Positions 1 to 8,676 of a stretch of DNA of 64,000 nt are shown one piece after another. A program made the position numbers and the translations under genes. Position 1 is the stretch's first letter, and each line of letters opens with the position of its first letter. The notes beneath the pieces were generated by a model. It worked only from the letters and a program-made list of their open reading frames with translations. It made no database searches and was not told the origin of the DNA. Source of the stretch: Candidatus Latescibacterota bacterium (GTDB lineage Bacteria > Latescibacterota > UBA2968). The DNA is taken from assembly GCA_965220765.1 (NCBI GenBank), contig OZ244847.1, forward strand, positions 49,849-113,848. The letters run 5' to 3'.

Positions 1-835
1 CAAGGGTCAACCACGGCAGGCGTTTCTTGAGTTCAATATGCCCGCCCACATCTTCGGGAATCAGGCACTCTTCCATCCAGCGCAAATTATAAGGACGCAG
101 GCGATTGGCCAGACGCGTTGTATATTCCACATCAAAAGCCATATAACAATCGAGCATGAGATCGCACTCATCGCCGATCAACTCGCGGACCTCGGCGATT
201 CGCCTCTCGTTTTCCCCCAATCCCCACAACCCATCAACCGGACCGTATTGACAGGGCAATTTAAACGCCCGAAATCCCAACTCCCTGTACCAATCGACAT
301 CATCACCCGTCGCATACACAAACAAACGGTCGCGCGCCGGACCGCCCAGAAGCTCATAAACGGGTTTGTCCTGCAATTTGCCCGCCAGATCCCACAGCGC
401 CAGATCTACGGCACTCATCGCCAACGAGGCAATCCCCACAGTCCCAAAAGATTTGGACACGCGAAACATCATATCCCACAGCTTTTCAATTGCCAGACAA
501 CTCTCGCCCTCTAATATATGCGCGAAAGCATCTTCCACCACCATCGCAACCGGGCGTCCCGCCGATGTGCCGAGACCCCATGTCCCATCTTCCGCTGTCA
601 CCTTAACCGAGAACCGGGGCCATTGTCTGGCACCGTAAAGCTGCCGCCGCGCCTTAAACCGTGGGAACTTAGACATCGGGTTTGCCACCTCTATCTGCGC
701 GGGCCACGCCTTCCGATACCCCTTTGTCCTCGGCGCTGCACCTGTTGACGCAGCGAGCGTCGTGCCAGAACCCGTTGAGGTCTGACCTGCATCTGGCCGC
801 TCAACGCGAACGACTTCTACAGATTTGATTTTCAT
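1..835 (-). CDS. Mandelate racemase/muconate lactonizing (enolase superfamily) enzyme, L-rhamnonate dehydratase-like; runs off the window edge
   Basis: Manual minus-strand translation from ATG at 835 gives MKIKSVEV...VANPMSKFP...VKVTAEDGTWG...IEKLWDMM...AMSAVDLALWDLAGK, the typical MR/MLE N-terminal motif. AAGGA lies upstream. Missing from the ORF track because it is truncated. Confidence 0.85.
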   Translation of the reverse strand, partial: MKIKSVEVVRVERPDAGQTSTGSGTTLAASTGAAPRTKGYRKAWPAQIEVANPMSKFPRFKARRQLYGARQWPRFSVKVTAEDGTWGLGTSAGRPVAMVVEDAFAHILEGESCLAIEKLWDMMFRVSKSFGTVGIASLAMSAVDLALWDLAGKLQDKPVYELLGGPARDRLFVYATGDDVDWYRELGFRAFKLPCQYGPVDGLWGLGENERRIAEVRELIGDECDLMLDCYMAFDVEYTTRLANRLRPYNLRWMEECLIPEDVGGHIELKKRLPWLTL

Positions 836-876
836 GTGTTGTCCTTTTTTCGTATTGGAATGATCCTCAGAAACAG

Positions 877-920
877 AAAGTGTATCAACAACGCGATATT
901 GTCAATCGGATTCAAATATA
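877..920 (-). repeat. Promoter-like repeat, copy R1
   Basis: AAAGTGTATCAACAACGCGATATTGTCAATCGGATTCAAA, similar to 1711-1756 and 5142-5187. Reads TTGACA-N15-TACACT on the minus strand. Confidence 0.65.
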
Positions 921-934
921 TTCTTTCTATTTTA

Positions 935-1423
935 TCAAGCTTCATCAACGGATTCTAAGACTCTTCGTTTTAAGTCTTCAGACAACCACATCCCGGCAAC
1001 CTCAAGCGCATTGAGAATGGGAGCCACGGATTCAATCATATCTTTTTGCCTGGCCGAAGCCAATAAACCAACAGTGCCGATGACTTCAATACCACATATT
1101 TCGGCCTGATGTCTGGCGTCAAGATCATCTAAAATTACCCAATCAGCATAACCATCAAGCGCAAGGAGAATGGCTTCTCGTTCACCAGCACCGAGGGAAT
1201 CAACTGTTTCTGACACAGACCGATGTCCTACTTGTCGAATCTCAATCCAAGGATAATCAGTAAGAATAGGAACACTGACACCTTGCGCATTTCCTCTTGC
1301 CAATTCTGTAACGACGGCTTCAGGCACAAGCACCCGATCAAAGAGGCGGTGTAGCAGGGTCAGTTGGTCAATTCGGTAGAAGTAAAGCAGAGGGGATGTA
1401 TCGACACTACAGATTCCTGGCAC
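935..1423 (-). CDS. DUF3368-type PIN-domain nuclease (VapC-like toxin)
   Basis: VDTSPL, VPEAVVTEL, LGAGEREAILLA, ILDDLDAR and GTVGLL motifs. Confidence 0.85.
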   Translation of the reverse strand: MPGICSVDTSPLLYFYRIDQLTLLHRLFDRVLVPEAVVTELARGNAQGVSVPILTDYPWIEIRQVGHRSVSETVDSLGAGEREAILLALDGYADWVILDDLDARHQAEICGIEVIGTVGLLASARQKDMIESVAPILNALEVAGMWLSEDLKRRVLESVDEA

Positions 1424-1667
1424 TGGAAATATCCTTTGCCAATTCTTCTGGAGTCAGATTGATAGGAGATACCTGGTAGGACTTTAAGGCATCTAAAAAC
1501 ACAACGCGGTCCAGGCCCGCAAACCGAGCCGCCTGACCCGATGATAAACGTCCGAGTTCAAACAATTTGACGGCGATGAGCATTCGGCCTTGTTCGGCGA
1601 ATTGTTCAGGCGTTTCACTGAGGATTTGCAGAATATCATCTGGACATTCAAATGAAATTGTTAACAT
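1407..1667 (-). CDS. UPF0175 family antitoxin
   Basis: AVKLFELGRLSSGQAARFAGL motif; overlaps the PIN gene. Confidence 0.85.
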   Translation of the reverse strand: MLTISFECPDDILQILSETPEQFAEQGRMLIAVKLFELGRLSSGQAARFAGLDRVVFLDALKSYQVSPINLTPEELAKDISSARNL

Positions 1668-1710
1668 GTGTGCCCCGCTCTATCCATATTTGAATTACAC
1701 TTACAACCAA

Positions 1711-1756
1711 AAAATGTAGCAATGATGAGAGATTGTCAACCGCATTTCAAAACATC
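1711..1756 (-). repeat. Promoter-like repeat, copy R2
   Basis: AAAATGTAGCAATGATGAGAGATTGTCAACCGCATTTCAAAACATC; the last 23 nt differ from R3 at one position. Confidence 0.7.
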
Positions 1757-1862
1757 TCGGTGCTTGTATGGAGAACTCTCAGAAAGATTTGATTATTTAC
1801 GAGGTTGGGTTAAATTAGTGGCGTTACCCCGTTTTAGTGACGTGTAGAAAACAGAGGTGGGC

Positions 1863-2087
1863 ATGAACTACAAAGATATTATTACCATTGAATCCGGAAA
1901 GCGAGGCGGAAAGCCTTGCATCAGAGGAATGAGAATAACTGTTTACGATGTGCTTGATTATCTCGCATCTGGTATGACACACCAGGAAATTCTCAAGGAG
2001 TTTCCCTATCTACAAGAAGAGGACATCTTGGCCTGCCTGAGTTATGCGGCAGACCGAGAGCGCACGATGCTGGCAATTGAGAAATGA
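1863..2087 (+). CDS. DUF433 family antitoxin
   Basis: GKRGGKPCIRGMRITVYDVL...EILKEFPYL...DILACLSYAA. Confidence 0.9.
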   Translation: MNYKDIITIESGKRGGKPCIRGMRITVYDVLDYLASGMTHQEILKEFPYLQEEDILACLSYAADRERTMLAIEK

Positions 2088-2416
2088 AGCTCTTGTTTGA
2101 TCAAAATTTGTCGCCTCGTTTAGTGAATGCCCTGACAGACCTTTATCCAGATTCCGATCATGTATTCAATCTAAATCTCGATCAGGCATCTGATAACGAA
2201 GTTTGGAACTTCGCTCTTAATCGAGATTTTGCCATCGTGACAAAAGACGCAGACTTTGGAGATTTAAGTCTCCTCCTGGGATTTCCTCCCAAAGTAATTT
2301 GGATACGTCGAGGAAATTGCTCTGCAAGGGAAATTGAAAACCTCTTGAGGGAAAAATCGCACGCTATCTTATCCCACCGCAATGATCTGGAATCAGGTCT
2401 TCTTATTTTATTTTGA
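2084..2416 (+). CDS. DUF5615 PIN-like toxin
   Basis: MKLLFDQNLSPRL...SDNEVW...IVTKDADF...PPKVIWIRRGN; ATGA overlap with DUF433. Confidence 0.9.
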   Translation: MKLLFDQNLSPRLVNALTDLYPDSDHVFNLNLDQASDNEVWNFALNRDFAIVTKDADFGDLSLLLGFPPKVIWIRRGNCSAREIENLLREKSHAILSHRNDLESGLLILF

Positions 2417-2458
2417 ACTGACCAGCAAGATTCACCTCCTTGTCCCAGGTGAATCTCA

Positions 2459-2770
2459 TTATGTCGCACCTTTTGCTAATTGCCGTGCTTGGTCTCGCAC
2501 ATACTCTGGGACACGCGAATTGGAAACATTTATCAGAGCATCTCGAGATTTTCCCGCCTTAATGATACTACGCGCCTTATTTATCCGGCTCCGATAAGAT
2601 TTGTCCGTAAAGTTTCTCCCATCTTTCTTCATCTGTTCAATGATATCTTTGGTAGAGAGTTTGAAATTGTCAAACAAGAAAAAATAGGTGACAAAGCACT
2701 CTTTACCGATGGACTGAAGATAGCGAGTGATACGAGCATTATTGTATTCTGTAAGTGCTGTTGCGCTCAT
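2459..2770 (-). CDS. Small basic hypothetical protein
   Basis: 103-aa ORF with AGGAGG Shine-Dalgarno upstream; co-oriented downstream of the XRE gene. Confidence 0.65.
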   Translation of the reverse strand: MSATALTEYNNARITRYLQSIGKECFVTYFFLFDNFKLSTKDIIEQMKKDGRNFTDKSYRSRINKARSIIKAGKSRDALINVSNSRVPEYVRDQARQLAKGAT

Positions 2771-2831
2771 TATAGCCTCCTAACACTGTGAAAAATTTTA
2801 TGTGATCCAATCGAGATGTAGGTGGAGTGAG

Positions 2832-3800
2832 TCATTGGTCATCTCCTTCTTCTTTCATCAAAAGTTCCTTTATCTCTGATGGCATTGTGGGCATGATCTC
2901 TGCCAATACATTCCACTTCCCCCGCTTTTTGTAGATGTCCGTCAAATTATCTTCCAGCCACTTCTCGCGTGCCTTTTGGGCGTCTTCTTCCATCAGTTCC
3001 TCGGGCATATCGGAGAGTCGAACACGGCCTGCGATAAGGCATAGCCTGACAATCTCTTCATTGCTATCGAGTTCTTTGGGGCAGACATCGTAGTCGGGGA
3101 ACTTCAGCGGTGATCCGAAACTAAGATCATCAGGTTTTACTGAGATGACATCGGGGATGGCGAGATCGTCCGCCAGCTTGCGTAAATAGCTGGCAAATGG
3201 GTTGTTTGTAGAGGGATCAAAGGGCATATCTCCAGAAAAATAATATAGTTCCTTACCGAATAGATCGTTCTCATCAATAGAATGAGCTTCTGCTTCCAGC
3301 CCATCCTCTGTCCAGATCAGACCATCTACTATCCCATGCTCGAACTTGCTTTCAATCTGTCTCAAATAATTGATCGCTCCGTGCGTCGCTTGCAATTTAT
3401 CGCGTCGCCAGGCGAGACTTTTCTCGGCCAGAAGCACAAAAAAGAGCGGTGCCATATTGATGATCTCAGTGGCACTGACGCCATATCGACGTTTGATGAG
3501 ATTATAGACTAGCCGAACCTTCGGTGTGATCTGCGCGCCGATCTGGACGCGATCAGGATTGTCGGCAGGTACCTTATCTGACTCGGGAAGTGGTAAATCG
3601 CCAGTGAGTACACCCGTTTCGACGCCAAGTGTCTTGGCCAAGCTATTCAGAGTGTGTTCTTGAGTTTTTTGAGTTTTCTGAGGTTCGTTTTCCAAACGTT
3701 GGATCGTGCGCTCGGAGATGCCAGATCGTTCAGCAAGTAGCGATCGTGACAGCCCTTTCTGTTGGCGTAGTTTGCGAAGGCGATCAGGATCGATTTTCAT
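2832..3800 (-). CDS. XRE-family HTH protein with a large uncharacterised C-terminal region
   Basis: RLRKLRQQKGLSRSLLAERSGISERTIQRLE helix-turn-helix; AAGGAG upstream. Confidence 0.8.
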   Translation of the reverse strand: MKIDPDRLRKLRQQKGLSRSLLAERSGISERTIQRLENEPQKTQKTQEHTLNSLAKTLGVETGVLTGDLPLPESDKVPADNPDRVQIGAQITPKVRLVYNLIKRRYGVSATEIINMAPLFFVLLAEKSLAWRRDKLQATHGAINYLRQIESKFEHGIVDGLIWTEDGLEAEAHSIDENDLFGKELYYFSGDMPFDPSTNNPFASYLRKLADDLAIPDVISVKPDDLSFGSPLKFPDYDVCPKELDSNEEIVRLCLIAGRVRLSDMPEELMEEDAQKAREKWLEDNLTDIYKKRGKWNVLAEIMPTMPSEIKELLMKEEGDDQ

Positions 3801-4219
3801 GGCGGAGCTCCTTGAAGGAAGTTTTCATGGTGAGACCGCTTAAATTCGAGACGCCAGCAATATATCTTATTTTTATCATATTATCAACGGTTATTATATG
3901 ATAAATTCTATAAATAAAATGTATTAAATAATGATATTATTAACAAAAATGTCTGGTTTGGGTTATAATAAACATAATTATGTCTCCTGGAAATTTATCA
4001 AAACCCCACAACGCGTGCTAAAGAAGACATACGCGGACATTTCAGCATATTGCTGCCCGAAGCTATCGGTGTCATCAGTTACTTATATAAAAAATACCGC
4101 CCTCCCGATATTGGGAGAGCAGCTCTTTTTTAATCCTTTAAAACTGTCCGAAGTATTGATGTACTGCAACGTTAAAGCAGCACTCCAGTGATCGCAATGT
4201 GAGGTGCTTTAAAAAGCTT

Positions 4220-4687
4220 TCATTTGTATGATGATGAAATAAGCGTCAGTTTTCGGTCTGGCTGAGAACATGTAGCGATGACTACTCCAGTGTTAGTCCA
4301 CGCCTTGACCATATACATTATTTTCGTATCTACAATAGTCTGTACGGGGTAGATACCGCGAATCTCAGACATCACACTCTCGACCACAACCTTGCACTCG
4401 GCAAAGGACGCCTCCCGTGTTTCAGTGTTTTCAACCTCTCCTTGCTCAGGGAATTGTCCGTTGCTAATCATACGGTTGAGTTGTTCAGGAGTGTACGTTA
4501 TAGCCGCCCTACGCGGCTGGTCGCTATTAGGCTTTTTCTGTTCTGAGTCCTTTGAGCCTTGCGAAGTTGGTTCTTGCGATTGAATCTTCAGAGTGTCAGT
4601 ATCGGTGTCAGTGCTTCCGACAGCAAGGATGCCAAATACTGCCAGAATAATGAATGATGCTATGTGCTTGCTTAATTCTTTCTTCAT
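4220..4687 (-). CDS. Exported or membrane-anchored hypothetical protein
   Basis: MKKELSK followed by a hydrophobic segment; AAGGAG upstream; ATGA overlap with the upstream gene. Confidence 0.7.
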   Translation of the reverse strand: MKKELSKHIASFIILAVFGILAVGSTDTDTDTLKIQSQEPTSQGSKDSEQKKPNSDQPRRAAITYTPEQLNRMISNGQFPEQGEVENTETREASFAECKVVVESVMSEIRGIYPVQTIVDTKIMYMVKAWTNTGVVIATCSQPDRKLTLISSSYK

Positions 4688-5133
4688 GTTACTCCTTTGT
4701 TTTGTTTGCAGTGACACGCCAAAAAGAAACCGAGAATTATAGCAACAATAAGGGCAAACAGGTCTCCTAAGTCAAAGCGGCCTGGGATAATATGTTTGAT
4801 TTGAGTGAGTTCAGAACAAATAGCGGTTATGGGGATACACCAAAACCATCCATGGCGAGCCGGGGACGTTGAATTTATCCATATGGATTCTATGAAAAAC
4901 ATGTATGATAAGACGTAAAGAGCAAACGGTAACGAAAACACGACCCAATTTGGTACGTATCTATCGAAGCCATCTATCCAAACACGCATTGTACCAATTG
5001 AGCCTGTTAGTCCAAGCGCGTCTGCCCAGTCAAACATCAGAAGCGTCGTTGGTCGAGAAAGAAGATAGAGAGCCGAACCCGATAAAAGACAAACCAGTGC
5101 CAAGCAAATACTGATTTTTTGTTTTCTTTTCAT
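4684..5133 (-). CDS. Multi-pass membrane hypothetical protein
   Basis: About 4 hydrophobic segments and a ..IPGRFDLGDL.. motif; ATG at 5133 sits directly downstream of repeat R3, so it may be leaderless. Confidence 0.65.
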   Translation of the reverse strand: MKRKQKISICLALVCLLSGSALYLLSRPTTLLMFDWADALGLTGSIGTMRVWIDGFDRYVPNWVVFSLPFALYVLSYMFFIESIWINSTSPARHGWFWCIPITAICSELTQIKHIIPGRFDLGDLFALIVAIILGFFLACHCKQNKGVT

Positions 5134-5141
5134 AATAGACA

Positions 5142-5187
5142 AAAGTGTCACAACAATGCGACAGTGTCAACCACATTTCAAAACATC
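5142..5187 (-). repeat. Promoter-like repeat, copy R3
   Basis: AAAGTGTCACAACAATGCGACAGTGTCAACCACATTTCAAAACATC. Confidence 0.7.
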
Positions 5188-5228
5188 GCTCTTATTTGAC
5201 CAGAGGTTGAAATGTAGCTTACCACGAG

Positions 5229-5456
5229 TTATGCAAATGCAGCGACTGCTACGGTGCGTTTAGTCGCAATGCCTTCTCGCTCGCGCTTAATGCGCTCAAC
5301 TTCATGCAGGGTTTGTGCTGTCAAATAGCTCTCGCCACAATGGGGACAACTCATCACAGTCACACCTTCAATAACAAGAAGAGATGTGCCTTTTCCATAA
5401 CTTCGTGAAACGTAACGTTGACGCACTCCCGATTTCCCACATATATCACACACCAT
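5229..5456 (-). CDS. YgiT-type zinc-finger protein (MqsA-like antitoxin domain)
   Basis: MVCDICG...VIEGVTVMSCPHCGESYLT (two CxxC motifs); GAGGAG Shine-Dalgarno. Confidence 0.85.
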   Translation of the reverse strand: MVCDICGKSGVRQRYVSRSYGKGTSLLVIEGVTVMSCPHCGESYLTAQTLHEVERIKREREGIATKRTVAVAAFA

Positions 5457-5459
5457 CGC

Positions 5460-5488
5460 TTGACTCCTCAGATTAGCATTTCTATACT
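5460..5488 (+). promoter_or_regulatory. Sigma70-type promoter for the HigBA-like pair
   Basis: TTGACT-N17-TATACT. Confidence 0.6.
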
Positions 5489-5522
5489 TGCTGCATACGT
5501 CATTTTGACGTATAATTGGGAA

Positions 5523-5798
5523 ATGGAAAAAGTTCTATTCGATAAGGTAAGAAAAAATCTGAATCGGTTACCCATTCATATTGTAAGAAACCTGCAACGA
5601 TGGGCACTTCAAGTAGAATCTCTGGGTATTCAGGAAGTAAGAAAGATACCGGGATATCATGATGAACCTCTTCGAGGTGACCGAAGCGGGCAAAGATCCA
5701 TCAGGCTATCCAGATCCTATCGCGCCTTCTATACTGAAATAGAAGGTGATGAGATTAATGTGATTCAAGTCGAGGAGATCAATAAACATGATTACTAA
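5523..5798 (+). CDS. RelE/HigB-like mRNA interferase toxin
   Basis: GYHDEPLRGDRSGQRSIRLSRSYRAFY; toxin precedes antitoxin. Confidence 0.8.
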   Translation: MEKVLFDKVRKNLNRLPIHIVRNLQRWALQVESLGIQEVRKIPGYHDEPLRGDRSGQRSIRLSRSYRAFYTEIEGDEINVIQVEEINKHDY

Positions 5799-6090
5799 AG
5801 AACAATATGGAACTTCTGAATTGGAGAGAGACTTTGGACGTCTCACATTCGGAAATGCTCTATCCAGCTATCGAATAGGAGAAGAAAAAAGCCAGAGAGC
5901 GTTTGCTGATTTCTTGGGCATTTCGCCTCAAAGCCTTTGTGATATAGAAAAAGAAAGAAGAGTCCCAAGTCCCGGCAGGGCAGCCAAAATTGCCAGACAA
6001 CTCGGCGAGCCAGAGAGCTTTTGGGTTCAGCTTGCACTACAAGACACGCTTCGAAAAGAAAATTTGGACCTCGTTGTTTCTATTGATTGA
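5788..6090 (+). CDS. HigA-like XRE HTH antitoxin
   Basis: SQRAFADFLGISPQSLCDIEKERR...ESFWVQLALQ; overlaps the toxin gene. Confidence 0.8.
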   Translation: MITKEQYGTSELERDFGRLTFGNALSSYRIGEEKSQRAFADFLGISPQSLCDIEKERRVPSPGRAAKIARQLGEPESFWVQLALQDTLRKENLDLVVSID

Positions 6091-6160
6091 TGCGTAAGTC
6101 GGGAAAAGGATTTCTCTCCTACCTGACTGGATTGCTCACGTTAATTACAACCAAAACCAC

Positions 6161-6237
6161 TGGATCGCGGCTAAAGCATGCCCCTGCATGCCTGAAGCAG
6201 GGGGCATGCCGCGATGACGACTTTGTTGATTAACGTC
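6161..6237. repeat. Palindromic REP-like element, copy 1
   Basis: TGGATCGCGGC...GCATGCCCCTGC..GCAGGGGGCATGCCGCGATGACG...TAACGTC; a homologous copy lies at 8577-8676. Confidence 0.75.
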
Positions 6238-6238
6238 C

Positions 6239-7555
6239 CTACCACCCTGGCCCCACATCCACCGCGGTTAAGGGACCGCCGTCCTCCATCCCCGTCGGGA
6301 ACTCAACGCAACCAATCGTCTTCCGTTCGCCTCGTGAATGCCCCAGCACATCTGTCGCAATCTCTGGATAATCCCCCTCCGCATTGCCAATCAAACCACT
6401 GGACTCTGCTGGCGCAACAACGCCATTGGGCAGATAATCCACATCGACTTTCCCGGTTTTTATCCCATCGCGAGCGGGCATACCCAAATCCCCATCCGTC
6501 ACATTCCCCTCCCACCTCCAATTCACCGGCTCATCGTCCTGCACCAGCCGCACAGTCCTATCGGATCTCACAAAAGCATTATTCGCAACCACGCAATCTT
6601 GAGGCGCCGTACCATTGGGATACCTGCTGTGATTTAGCCCCACAACCATCGCCGGACTACATCCCACAAACGTATTAAACGCAATCAGCGCGCGCGCCAC
6701 CCGCACATAGAGCTTATCCGTTGTCCCATCCATCATACCCACCCCAAACGCATTGAGCGAACGAAACAAATTATTCACCACAACCTGATCCGTCCCCTGC
6801 AAACGCACACCGCCCGCCCGGCGTTCGCCCTCGCCAAAAAAGAAATTCTCAGACACCACATTGCCATCCCCATGCCGAAGCACCAGCGCCCCCCGGCAAT
6901 CGCGAAACGTATTCCTGCGAAGCGTATTGCCATTGGACTTCACAGAAATAATCTCCGCCTCCCCATTACAACGCTCAAAAAGATTGTACTCAATCACCGT
7001 CTCACAATCGCCCGACTCCGGATCGTACGGATTCCCCTCTGTAATCAGTTGAAGCGTCTCGTACCCATTGCTCTCCTTACCATCCGGAACATCCACAAAA
7101 TAATTGTGGTGAACACGGTGTCTCTCGCCCTGATTCCGAACGTAAATCTGCATCAACTGACAACCGCGCATCTCCTCGAGATTATTCGTCTTATTCTCAA
7201 ACCGGCAGCGATCGATCTCAACCTCCCGGCTCTCTGCCCTCACCCGTATCCACTTGCCAACCTGCACATCCGTCATCACACAGCGACTAATGCGACACCC
7301 TCTCCCCCTGACTTCCACACTCCCCTTCTCCACAAAGTGCAGCCCCACAAAACTGATATAATCACCCACCAACAACAACGGCGCCTGTATAACCGCCCGC
7401 CCCATATTCTCCGCCCGAATAACAATCGGCTGATCTGCGGTCCCCCTCGCCTCCAGCTTACACCTCTCACCATCATACACGCCATCGACCAGCGTAACAA
7501 TATCACCCGGCTGCGCCTCAGCCACCCGCGCTTCTATTTCAGACACGGACCTCAT
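6239..7555 (-). CDS. Polysaccharide lyase family 6 (chondroitinase B/alginate lyase-like beta-helix)
   Basis: AQPGDIVTLVDGVY, SNGYETLQL, CNGEAEIISVKS (catalytic K) and LVLRHG (catalytic R). Confidence 0.9.
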   Translation of the reverse strand: MRSVSEIEARVAEAQPGDIVTLVDGVYDGERCKLEARGTADQPIVIRAENMGRAVIQAPLLLVGDYISFVGLHFVEKGSVEVRGRGCRISRCVMTDVQVGKWIRVRAESREVEIDRCRFENKTNNLEEMRGCQLMQIYVRNQGERHRVHHNYFVDVPDGKESNGYETLQLITEGNPYDPESGDCETVIEYNLFERCNGEAEIISVKSNGNTLRRNTFRDCRGALVLRHGDGNVVSENFFFGEGERRAGGVRLQGTDQVVVNNLFRSLNAFGVGMMDGTTDKLYVRVARALIAFNTFVGCSPAMVVGLNHSRYPNGTAPQDCVVANNAFVRSDRTVRLVQDDEPVNWRWEGNVTDGDLGMPARDGIKTGKVDVDYLPNGVVAPAESSGLIGNAEGDYPEIATDVLGHSRGERKTIGCVEFPTGMEDGGPLTAVDVGPGW

Positions 7556-7556
7556 C

Positions 7557-8522
7557 TTATTCTCCCGGTTTCAACACGCGATTAAAAAAAGCTTCACGGG
7601 CAGGCTCGGTAAACGCGATATTGCGCTGAAAAGCACCGTGCCCACTGTCGTCACCCAGAAGAATATAACTGACATTTTTGGCACCGGCTTCTCGCAGTGC
7701 TTTGACCAACTTATCCGAATGATAGACACCGACCGTGCGATCAGATATTGCATGCACGAGCAAAATAGGCGGTGCATCGGCCGAGGCATAAGTCACAGGA
7801 GAAGTTTTGGCGCGCACCTCTTCGGATTCCAGTCTAAGCTCATTTTTGCGAGGCGGGCGTGCTCGCTGCTGATTGCGTTGACGATCACTCATAGCAGACA
7901 GAAAATCGGTAGGCGTGGCACTCGCCACAACAGCCTGAACCATACTGGAATACTCTTGATAGGGACCATCGCCCTCAAGTCCGGCTGAAGGCGGACACAC
8001 ACCGAGCATAACAGCCAGATGCGCGCCAGCGGAATTTCCACTCGCGCCAATGCGTTCCGGATCAATATTGTATTCCCCGGCATGGGCGCGCAACCAGCGC
8101 ACCGCATTCTTCACATCCTCAACACACGCGGTAATCGGTGCCTCATCGAGCATCCGATAGTTCACCGTGACACAAACATAGCCCTTAGCTGCATAACTGA
8201 TAGTAGGACGAAGAAAACCTCCCCGGCGTTTATCCCCACCTCTCCATCCACCCCCGTGAATAAAAACAAGGGCTGGACGAAGAGCTTCGCCGCGCTCAGT
8301 GGGCATCGCGAGATCGAGTTTCCACGCCTCGTTGCCCTCGCGATACGCGATATCGGGAATAAAAGTCACACCTTCGGGTAATTGTTGCATAATTTGCTCC
8401 ACGGTAACTGTGCGTTGCTGACGTCGGTTTTGTTGTTGTGGTTGCTGTGGTTGCTGTGGTTGCTGAGCACCAACAGATTGAAACAGCAAAACAACGAACA
8501 GAAAACAGATAAATTTGGACAT
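7557..8522 (-). CDS. Secreted alpha/beta hydrolase (esterase, BD-FAE-like)
   Basis: Signal peptide, HGGGW oxyanion motif, GNSAG nucleophile elbow; short QQP repeat. Confidence 0.9.
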   Translation of the reverse strand: MSKFICFLFVVLLFQSVGAQQPQQPQQPQQQNRRQQRTVTVEQIMQQLPEGVTFIPDIAYREGNEAWKLDLAMPTERGEALRPALVFIHGGGWRGGDKRRGGFLRPTISYAAKGYVCVTVNYRMLDEAPITACVEDVKNAVRWLRAHAGEYNIDPERIGASGNSAGAHLAVMLGVCPPSAGLEGDGPYQEYSSMVQAVVASATPTDFLSAMSDRQRNQQRARPPRKNELRLESEEVRAKTSPVTYASADAPPILLVHAISDRTVGVYHSDKLVKALREAGAKNVSYILLGDDSGHGAFQRNIAFTEPAREAFFNRVLKPGE

Positions 8523-8545
8523 AGAAACCTCCCTGTTTTAGAAAC

Positions 8546-8572
8546 GGGCGGGCACGGGGGCACCGCCCCTAC
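8546..8572. repeat. GTAG-type REP-like palindrome
   Basis: GGGCGGGCACGGGGGCACCGCCCCTAC; shares the CGCCCCTAC end with 57488-57515. Confidence 0.55.
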
Positions 8573-8576
8573 AATC

Positions 8577-8676
8577 TGGATCGCGGCCCCGTATTACAAC
8601 CTACGGGACATGCTTTAAGCCTGCCCCTGTATGCTTGAAGCAGGGGCATACCGCGATGACGAGAACCTTTAACGTC
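8577..8676. repeat. Palindromic REP-like element, copy 2, with an extra internal hairpin
   Basis: TGGATCGCGGC-[CCCGTATTACAACCTACGGG..]-..GCCCCTGTATGCTTGAAGCAGGGGCATACCGCGATGACG...TAACGTC. Confidence 0.75.

Noticed and set aside
3931-4191. 86-aa ORF in the AT-rich spacer
   Set aside because: No Shine-Dalgarno or recognisable motif; likely non-coding.
877-6160. Classical integron
   Set aside because: No tyrosine integrase and no attC (RYYYAAC...GTTRRRY) palindromes; genes lie in mixed orientations.
8430-8466. 9-bp tandem repeat (TGTGGTTGC) x3
   Set aside because: In-frame QQP linker after the signal peptide; length changes would not shift the frame.
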